From an uncultured Oscillospiraceae bacterium (GTDB lineage: Bacteria > Bacillota > Clostridia > Oscillospirales > Oscillospiraceae): a stretch of 33,539 nt of DNA. The stretch covers positions 1 through 33,539 of the forward strand of contig CAYPWQ010000001.1 of the NCBI GenBank assembly GCA_964414495.1, read 5' to 3'. The position numbers and the translations under genes were made by a program. The notes under the pieces are model-generated. The model did not search any database. It was not told the origin of the DNA and worked only from the letters and a program-made list of their open reading frames with translations. Shown piece by piece: positions 26,986-33,539 of the stretch. The stretch's first letter is position 1. Every line of letters begins with the position of its first letter.

Positions 26986-29592
26986 ATGGCTGAGAACACC
27001 CCCATGATGCGGCAGTATCAGGAGATCAAGGAAAAGAATCCGGACACCATTCTGTTTTTCCGCCTGGGCGATTTCTATGAGATGTTCAACGACGACGCGA
27101 TCCTTGCCTCGCGTGAGCTGGATCTGACCCTGACCACCCGCGACCGGGGCAAGGCCAAGGAGGAGCAGACGCCCATGTGCGGCGTGCCCTACCATTCCAG
27201 CGAGGCCTATATCGCGCGGCTCATCGCCCGGGGCTACAAGGTCGCCATCTGCGAGCAGACGGAGGATCCCGCCCAGGCCAAGGGCCTGGTGGAGCGGGAC
27301 GTGATCCGCGTGGTGACGCCGGGAACGGTGATCGACTCCTCCATGCTGGAGGAGAGCCGCAGCAATTTCATCGCGGCGGTCTGCTGCGACGGCGACGGCG
27401 CGGGCCTCGCCTTCTGCGACATTTCCACGGGCAAGGCCCATGTGACGGGCTTTACCGGGGCGGACCGGATGCTGCATGCGGCGAACGAGCTGGCCCGCTT
27501 TGCCCCCCGCGAGGCGGTGCTGAACCGGGCCGCGGCGGCGGAGAAGTCCCTGCGGGAGCTGCTGCGGGACAAGCTGGGCTGCCTTGCCGAGACGATCGAC
27601 GAGGAACGCTTTGACCGCTGCGCGGCGGAGGAGAGCATCCGCCGTCAGTTCGGTGACGCGGCCATGGACAAGCTGCCCGCGGGCGTTCCTGCGGCGGCCA
27701 TGGCGCTGGGCGGCCTGCTGCGCTATCTTTATGACACGCAGAAGACCGACCTCAGCTACATCCGCGAGCTGGAGGGCTACAGCGACGGCCGTTTCATGGA
27801 GCTGGACATGGCCACGCGGCGGAATCTGGAGCTGACGGAGACCCTGCGCGGCAAGGACAAGAAGGGCAGCCTTCTCTCCGTGCTGGATCAGACGAAGACC
27901 GCCATGGGCGGTCGGCTGCTGCGCGCGTGGCTGGAGCGGCCGCTGCTGAGCGTGGCCGCCATCGACCGCCGCCTCAGCGCGGTGGAGACACTGACGAAGG
28001 ACAGCATGCTGCGCGGCGAGCTGACGGCGGCTCTCGCGGGCATGGGCGATATGGAGCGGCAGATCAGCCGCGTGGTGTACGGCACCGCCGGCGGACGGGA
28101 TCTGGCGGCGCTGCGCCTGGCGGCGGAGCGCCTGCCCCGGGTGAAGGAGCTGCTCTCTCAGGCAGAGGGGGGACTGCTGCGGGAGCTCTATGAGGAGCTG
28201 GACACGCTGGAGGATCTTTCCCGGCGCATTGCCGAAACGCTGGTGGACGAGCCGCCCTTCTCCGTGCGGGAGGGGGGACTGATCCGCGACGGCTACAACG
28301 AAGAGGTGGACCGCCTGCGGAGCATCCTCAGCGGCGGCAAGGGCTTTATCGCGGAGATCGAGGCGCGGGAAAAGGAGCGCACCGGCATCCGTACGCTGAA
28401 GATCGGCTATAACAAGGTCTTCGGCTATTACATCGAGGTTTCCAAGTCCTTTGCGGATCAGGTGCCGCAGGACTATATCCGCAAGCAGACGCTGGTGGGC
28501 GGCGAACGCTACATCACGCCGGAGCTGAAGGAGATGGAGAACACCATCTTCACGGCGGATCAGCGCATCGCGGCGCTGGAATACGAGCTGTTCAGCGAGC
28601 TGCGCAGCTTTGTGGCCGCGCAGATGGAGCGGGTGCAGCGCAGCGCCGCCGCGGCTGCCGCGGCCGATGCCCTCTGCTCTCTCGCCTCCGTTGCGGTGCA
28701 GCAGCGCTACTGCCGACCCACGGTGGACGACAGCGGCTGCATCGAGATCCGGGAGGGCCGCCATCCCGTGGTGGAAAAGACCCTGCGCGACGCGCTCTTT
28801 GTCCCCAACGACACCTCCATGGACAACGGGGAAAAGCGCGTTGCCATCATCACCGGCCCCAACATGGCGGGCAAGAGCACCTATATGCGTCAGGTGGCGC
28901 TGATCGTGCTGATGGCGCAGATCGGCAGCTTTGTCCCCGCGAAGAGCGCCCGCATCGGCGTGTGCGACCGCATTTTCACCCGCATCGGCGCCAGCGACGA
29001 CCTCTCCGCCGGTCAGTCCACCTTCATGGTGGAGATGACGGAGGTCTCCGCCATCCTCCACGCGGCGACAAAGGACTCCCTGCTGATCCTGGACGAGATC
29101 GGGCGGGGCACCTCCACCTTCGACGGTATGAGCATCGCCCGGGCAGTGGTAGAATACTGCGCAGGGGAAAAGACCCTCGGGGCCAAGACCCTCTTCGCCA
29201 CGCACTATCACGAGCTGACGGAGATGGAGCAGACCCTTGCGGGCGTGAAGAATTTCAACGTGGCGGTGAAGGCCCGGGGCGAGGATATCGTGTTCCTGCG
29301 CAAGATCCTTCCCGGCGGCGCAGACAAGAGCTACGGCATCGAGGTGGCGAAGCTGGCGGGCCTGCCGGAATCGGTGGTGCGGCGCAGCCGCGCCGTGCTG
29401 AAGGAGCTGGAGAGCGCCGCCCCCGCAGCCGCGCCGGTCACGGCCGCTCCCGCGGAGGAGAGCCCTCAGCTGAGCCTTTCCGCCATGGCGGAGGGCGAGG
29501 TGCTGGAGAGCCTGCGCCGTCTGGAGCCTGACGCCCTGACGCCCATCGAGGCGCTGGGCCTGCTCTATGAGCTGAAACGGAAATTACAGTAA
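26986..29592 (+). CDS. mutS: DNA mismatch repair protein MutS
   Basis: TPMMRQYQEIKEKNPDTILFFRLGDFYEMF mismatch-binding N-terminus, Walker A GPNMAGKSTYMRQ, and DEIGRGTSTFDG. Confidence 0.97.
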   Translation: MAENTPMMRQYQEIKEKNPDTILFFRLGDFYEMFNDDAILASRELDLTLTTRDRGKAKEEQTPMCGVPYHSSEAYIARLIARGYKVAICEQTEDPAQAKGLVERDVIRVVTPGTVIDSSMLEESRSNFIAAVCCDGDGAGLAFCDISTGKAHVTGFTGADRMLHAANELARFAPREAVLNRAAAAEKSLRELLRDKLGCLAETIDEERFDRCAAEESIRRQFGDAAMDKLPAGVPAAAMALGGLLRYLYDTQKTDLSYIRELEGYSDGRFMELDMATRRNLELTETLRGKDKKGSLLSVLDQTKTAMGGRLLRAWLERPLLSVAAIDRRLSAVETLTKDSMLRGELTAALAGMGDMERQISRVVYGTAGGRDLAALRLAAERLPRVKELLSQAEGGLLRELYEELDTLEDLSRRIAETLVDEPPFSVREGGLIRDGYNEEVDRLRSILSGGKGFIAEIEAREKERTGIRTLKIGYNKVFGYYIEVSKSFADQVPQDYIRKQTLVGGERYITPELKEMENTIFTADQRIAALEYELFSELRSFVAAQMERVQRSAAAAAAADALCSLASVAVQQRYCRPTVDDSGCIEIREGRHPVVEKTLRDALFVPNDTSMDNGEKRVAIITGPNMAGKSTYMRQVALIVLMAQIGSFVPAKSARIGVCDRIFTRIGASDDLSAGQSTFMVEMTEVSAILHAATKDSLLILDEIGRGTSTFDGMSIARAVVEYCAGEKTLGAKTLFATHYHELTEMEQTLAGVKNFNVAVKARGEDIVFLRKILPGGADKSYGIEVAKLAGLPESVVRRSRAVLKELESAAPAAAPVTAAPAEESPQLSLSAMAEGEVLESLRRLEPDALTPIEALGLLYELKRKLQ

Positions 29593-29607
29593 ACGGAAGG
29601 GAGACCC

Positions 29608-30312
29608 ATGGCCAAAAAGAACGCAAAGCACACCTATATGACCGATATGGAGATCATCGGCGGCTGGCTCTTCTTCGCCGTGTATCTGCTGGTGATGCCG
29701 CTGCTGCTGGAGCGGCTGATCCATCTTTTCGCCGTGCTGCTGGATACGCAGATCTCCGCTGCGGCGGCGAACCGCGTGTATTACTACATTCTGACCGCTG
29801 TGACGGCGGTACTGTTCCACCGCTTCCTCGGCAGCGACATGGGGCGCTTTTTCGGCAGCCTCAACCGCTGCCTGACCACGGCGGGCATGGCTCTCGTGCT
29901 GTTTTACGGGGCCAACGAGCTGTTTTACCGGCTCTGTAACCGTTTTCTGATGCCGGTGGGCAATCTGAACGACGGCATCATCGCCGCCGTCATCGACGAT
30001 GCGCCCCGCACCACCGTCCTCATCGTCATCCTCCTCGCGCCCTTTGTGGAGGAGGTGCTGTTCCGGGGACTGGTCTTCGGCTGGCTGGCAGAGAAGAGCG
30101 TGCCGGTGGCGTATGCGGCGTCGGCGCTGCTGTTCGCCTTCGGCTATTTCTGGCGCGTGGCTGTGGGCGGCGTGAGCACGGCGTCGGTGGTGACGCTGGC
30201 ACAGTATCTGATCCCCGGACTGGTGTTCGCCTGGGCCTATGGCCGCAGCGGCTCGGTGTTCACGGCGGTGCTGGTCCATGCGGCGGTGAACGCCCTGGCG
30301 TTCACCTGGTAA
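29608..30312 (+). CDS. CPBP (CAAX/Abi) family intramembrane protease-like protein
   Basis: Polytopic membrane protein with FVEEVLFRG (EExxxR motif) and LVHAAVNAL (HxxxN motif). No His occurs between these motifs. GGAAGGGAG SD, 15 nt after the mutS stop. Confidence 0.82.
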   Translation: MAKKNAKHTYMTDMEIIGGWLFFAVYLLVMPLLLERLIHLFAVLLDTQISAAAANRVYYYILTAVTAVLFHRFLGSDMGRFFGSLNRCLTTAGMALVLFYGANELFYRLCNRFLMPVGNLNDGIIAAVIDDAPRTTVLIVILLAPFVEEVLFRGLVFGWLAEKSVPVAYAASALLFAFGYFWRVAVGGVSTASVVTLAQYLIPGLVFAWAYGRSGSVFTAVLVHAAVNALAFTW

Positions 30313-30336
30313 ACGAGAGAAAGGGAGGATGCGCAT

Positions 30337-32373
30337 ATGCCTGAGATCCGGTGCCTCGCGCCCCATCTGGCCGATCTGATCGCCGCGGGCGAGGTGGTGG
30401 AGCGCCCCGCCAGCGTGGTGAAGGAGCTGGTGGAAAACGCCGTGGACGCGGGAGCCTCCGCCGTGACGGTGGAGATCCGCCGCGGCGGCATGGAGCTGAT
30501 CCGCGTCAGCGACAACGGCTGCGGCATCCCGCCCGCCCAGCTTCCCACCGCCTTTCTTCGCCATGCCACCAGCAAGCTCCGGAGCGAGAGCGACCTGGCC
30601 GCCATCGGCACGCTGGGCTTTCGCGGTGAGGCGCTGGCCGCCATCGCGGCGGTGAGCCGGGTGGAGATCGTCTCCTGTGCGCGGGGCGGCGCGGGCGCGT
30701 CGCTGCGTCTCGTTGCGGGCGAGGCCGGCGCGGTGGAGGAGGCCCCTGCCCCGGAGGGCACGGACATCGCCGTGCGGGATCTGTTCTATAACACCCCGGC
30801 GCGGCTGAAATTCATGAAAAAGGACAGCGCCGAGACCGCCGCTGTCCACAGCGTGCTGCAGCAGCTGGCCCTGAGCCATCCGGAGCTCTCCCTCCGCTTT
30901 GTGAAGGACGGGGAGGAGGTGCTGCACACCCCCGGCGACGGCAAGCTCCTCAGCGCCGTGTATGCGGCCCTTGGCCGCGACTTTGCCCTGAGTCTGCGCC
31001 CCGTTGCGGGCCGCGGCGGCAGCGTCCGCTGCGAGGGCTTTGTGACAAAGCCCCTCATGGGCCGGGGCAGCCGCAGCATGCAGATATTTTTCGTCAACGG
31101 GCGGCTGGTGAAGTCTCCCCTGCTGACGACGGCTCTGGAGGAGGGCTACCGCAATCAGATCATGAAGGGGAAATTCCCCGGCTGTGTGCTGCATCTGACC
31201 CTGCCGGTGCAGGAGGTGGACGTGAACGTCCACCCGGCCAAGACCGTGGTGAAATTTTTGCAGGAAAAGGCCGTGTTCGACGCCGTGTATTACACGGTGC
31301 TGGACGCGCTGAACGAGAAGACCCCCGCCGCGCCGGAGGCAAGACCCGCCCCCGCGCCGGCGGAGAAGAAAAACGATTTCTATCAGACCCGCAGTGCCGC
31401 GGAGTTCCGCCGTATGGCGGAATCGGCGCGCCCCGCGCCGGAAAAGCGCGAACTGCCCAAAATGCCCGCTCCCGCGGCGAAGGCCCCCGCCTTTGTCACG
31501 GCGGAGGACACGGCCTTCCGCAGCCGGGTGTCCCCCGTGCCGGAGGCGGCGCAGACCACCCTGCGGGCGGCGGACGGGGCCAAGCCCCTTTACCGGGTGA
31601 CGCCGGTGGAGACGCAGCTGGTGGACAAATCCGGCGCACCGGTCTTTGCCATTCGCCCGCCGAAGCGGGAGGAGCCCGCCCCCGCCGTCATTGCACCGAC
31701 GGAGGAACCGGCGGCAAAGCCTGCGCCGCAGGCGGAAGCGCCTGCCGCACCGGAGCAGACGGCGCTCCCCCTTGATACGGCGCAGGAGACGCTGCTTCCG
31801 GAGGAGGCCCCCTGGCGCATCGCCGGGGAGCTGCTGAAGACCTACATCGTCTGCGAGGACGAGGGCGGCACGGTGCATCTCATCGACAAGCACGCAGCCC
31901 ACGAGCGCATCCTCTTCGACCGCCTGAAGGCCGGGAAGATGGAGGTCATGGGCCAGCTGCTCCTCTCCCCCATTTCGGCGGACATCGGCGCGGATGCCTG
32001 CGCCGCGCTGCTGGAGCGGCAGGAGCTGCTGGAGCGCTTTGGCTTTCAGTGCGAGGATTTCGGTCCCGGCAGCCTGCTGGTGCGGCAGATCCCGGCGGAC
32101 ATCGACGCGGCGGACGCGCCCGCGGCGCTGGAGATGCTGGCAGAGGAGCTGCGCGCCTGCCGCAACACCGATCCCGCCTCCGCCCGGGATGCCATGCTCC
32201 ACACCATCGCCTGCAAGGCGGCGGTGAAGGCGGGCATGGATTCGGACGAGCGGGAGCTGCGGGCCCTCGTGCGGCGGGTGCAGAGCGGCGAGGTGCGCTA
32301 CTGCCCCCATGGCCGGCCGGTGGAGGCCGCCATCAGCAAATACCAGCTGGAAAAGCTGTTCCGCCGGGCCTGA
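30337..32373 (+). CDS. mutL: DNA mismatch repair protein MutL (endonuclease type)
   Basis: GHKL ATPase motifs ELVENAVDAG, DNGCGI and GFRGEAL. C-terminal DKHAAHERILFD, ACKAAVKAG and CPHGRP endonuclease motifs. Long Pro/Ala-rich linker. Confidence 0.96.
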   Translation: MPEIRCLAPHLADLIAAGEVVERPASVVKELVENAVDAGASAVTVEIRRGGMELIRVSDNGCGIPPAQLPTAFLRHATSKLRSESDLAAIGTLGFRGEALAAIAAVSRVEIVSCARGGAGASLRLVAGEAGAVEEAPAPEGTDIAVRDLFYNTPARLKFMKKDSAETAAVHSVLQQLALSHPELSLRFVKDGEEVLHTPGDGKLLSAVYAALGRDFALSLRPVAGRGGSVRCEGFVTKPLMGRGSRSMQIFFVNGRLVKSPLLTTALEEGYRNQIMKGKFPGCVLHLTLPVQEVDVNVHPAKTVVKFLQEKAVFDAVYYTVLDALNEKTPAAPEARPAPAPAEKKNDFYQTRSAAEFRRMAESARPAPEKRELPKMPAPAAKAPAFVTAEDTAFRSRVSPVPEAAQTTLRAADGAKPLYRVTPVETQLVDKSGAPVFAIRPPKREEPAPAVIAPTEEPAAKPAPQAEAPAAPEQTALPLDTAQETLLPEEAPWRIAGELLKTYIVCEDEGGTVHLIDKHAAHERILFDRLKAGKMEVMGQLLLSPISADIGADACAALLERQELLERFGFQCEDFGPGSLLVRQIPADIDAADAPAALEMLAEELRACRNTDPASARDAMLHTIACKAAVKAGMDSDERELRALVRRVQSGEVRYCPHGRPVEAAISKYQLEKLFRRA

Positions 32374-32397
32374 CCCGGCGGCGGAAAGGAGCACGCC

Positions 32398-33342
32398 ATG
32401 GACAAGGCGACCCTCATCGCCCTTTCGGGCCCCACCGCCTGCGGCAAGACCCGTCTCGGCGTGCTGCTGGCAAAACGATATAACGGCGAGGTGGTCTCCT
32501 GCGACTCCATGCAGCTCTATCGCGGCATGACCATTGGCACCGCCGCCCCCACGGAGGAGGAGATGGAGGGCGTGCCCCACCATATGGTGGCGGTGGCCGA
32601 GCCGGGAGAGCAGTACAGCGTGGCCCGCTTCGTACAGGAGGCGGATCAGTGCGTGCAGGATATCCTGCGCCGGGGAAAGCGCCCCATCCTTGTGGGCGGC
32701 ACGGGGCTTTATATGGATGCCCTGATCCGGGGCAACGCCTTTGCCGCGGGCGAGGACGGCGGCGCAGTGCGCCGCGTACTCTATGACCGGCTGGCACGGG
32801 AGGGGATCGCCCCTCTCTATGACGAGCTGCGGCAGATCGACCCGGAGAGCGCCGCGCGCCTCCATCCGGGCGATGAAAAACGCATCCTCCGGGCGCTGGA
32901 GGTCTATCACGAGACGGGCGAGACCATGACGGCGCACAACGCCCGCTCGCAATTGCAGGAGGACCGCTACCGCGCGGTGCGCGTCGCCCTGGCCTTTGCC
33001 GACCGGGAGGATATGAAGCGCCTGATCGACCTGCGGGTGGACCGCATGGCGGAGGCGGGACTGCTGCGGGAGGTGGAGACGCTGATGGCGCGGGGACTCC
33101 CCCGTTCCTCCACCGCGTGGCAGGCCATCGGCTACAAGGAATTTCTCCGGGTGTATGACGGCGAAGAAACGGTGGAGCAGGCGCTGGACGAGATCCGCCT
33201 GCGCTCGCGCCAGTATGCCAAGCGTCAGCTCACCTGGCTGAGAAAGAAGGAGCCCCACTGGATCTTGTGGGGAAAGGAGAGGGATTTTGCGTGGGCCCTC
33301 CAGAAAGCGACAGAAATCCTCACCGCCGAAGGGGTAGTATGA
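32398..33342 (+). CDS. miaA: tRNA dimethylallyltransferase
   Basis: P-loop [25 protein letters not shown] and AIGYKEF motifs. Confidence 0.95.
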   Translation: MDKATLIALSGPTACGKTRLGVLLAKRYNGEVVSCDSMQLYRGMTIGTAAPTEEEMEGVPHHMVAVAEPGEQYSVARFVQEADQCVQDILRRGKRPILVGGTGLYMDALIRGNAFAAGEDGGAVRRVLYDRLAREGIAPLYDELRQIDPESAARLHPGDEKRILRALEVYHETGETMTAHNARSQLQEDRYRAVRVALAFADREDMKRLIDLRVDRMAEAGLLREVETLMARGLPRSSTAWQAIGYKEFLRVYDGEETVEQALDEIRLRSRQYAKRQLTWLRKKEPHWILWGKERDFAWALQKATEILTAEGVV

Positions 33343-33369
33343 TCCCACAGGCGGGCGGCGGAGAGACCA

Positions 33370-33395
33370 GTCGTCCGACCAACAGAAAGGACGAC
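33370..33395 (+). promoter_or_regulatory. Stem-loop overlapping the hfq ribosome-binding region
   Basis: GTCGTCC (33370-33376) pairs with GGACGAC (33389-33395). The 3' arm includes the AAAGGA SD-like sequence 6 nt upstream of the ATG. Confidence 0.35.
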
Positions 33396-33400
33396 AGAAT

Positions 33401-33539
33401 ATGAAAACAGAGCTCAACTATCAGGAAACGTTTCTCACCCGCGCCCGTCAGCGGCGCTGCCCCGTCACCGTGTTTCTGGTGAACGGCTTTCAGATGCGGG
33501 GCACCGTGGAGGGCTTCGACACCTTCACCGTGCTGCTGC
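33401..33539 (+). CDS. hfq: RNA chaperone Hfq, N-terminal part (3' end outside window)
   Basis: My own translation is [46 protein letters not shown], which matches the Hfq Sm1 region. It follows miaA, as in many bacteria. Confidence 0.9.
   Translation, partial: MKTELNYQETFLTRARQRRCPVTVFLVNGFQMRGTVEGFDTFTVLL

Noticed and set aside
31300-31830. A Pro/Ala-rich, repeat-like stretch with several overlapping small ORFs on both strands.
   Set aside because: This is the disordered linker between the MutL ATPase and endonuclease domains, in frame with both. It is not a separate gene or a nucleotide tandem repeat.
29584-33417. A 1277-aa minus-strand ORF spanning the CPBP, mutL and miaA region.
   Set aside because: It is antisense to three plus-strand genes with unmistakable motifs. 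Its translation is low-complexity and rich in R, G, A, H and L, with no recognisable domain. This is the typical stop-codon-poor shadow frame of GC-rich DNA.

Overview
GC-rich bacterial chromosomal window, roughly 60-65% GC by eye (not computed). GGAGG-type Shine-Dalgarno sites and Firmicutes-style synteny (lspA-rluD, miaB...mutS-mutL-miaA-hfq) suggest a high-GC member of the Clostridia; this is a low-confidence inference. Almost every gene is on the + strand.

Content in order:
- 3' end of ileS.
- An SBP5-type peptide ABC importer operon carrying an M55 D-aminopeptidase (701-7405).
- A minus-strand pair: an orphan rsmH-like methyltransferase and a lipoprotein (7508-9493).
- A membrane-anchored XRE regulator.
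- lspA-rluD.
- A DUF885 gene transcribed divergently from an HTH+cupin regulator.
- A second SBP5 ABC importer operon with three soluble enzymes placed between the permease and ATPase genes: an AstE/AspA-type deacylase, a short DUF885-like protein and a GSAM-like class III PLP enzyme (13942-23708).
- A cyclophilin.
- A tight housekeeping block: miaB, MBL hydrolase, mutS, CPBP protease-like gene, mutL, miaA, hfq (5' part).

I recognised no rRNA, tRNA, CRISPR array, transposase, integrase or phage gene. The many long antisense ORFs in the track are GC-driven shadow frames.

The best candidate for something undescribed is the enzyme-loaded importer island at 11894-23708. The rest looks ordinary, apart from several smaller oddities:
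- ileS-lspA synteny interrupted by about 10 kb.
- An rsmH paralog with a basic N-terminal extension.
- A CPBP gene lacking one motif histidine, sitting between mutS and mutL.
- A family of near-identical terminator hairpins.
- A very AT-rich patch inside a coding region.

All functional calls come from motif recognition by eye. No database search was run.
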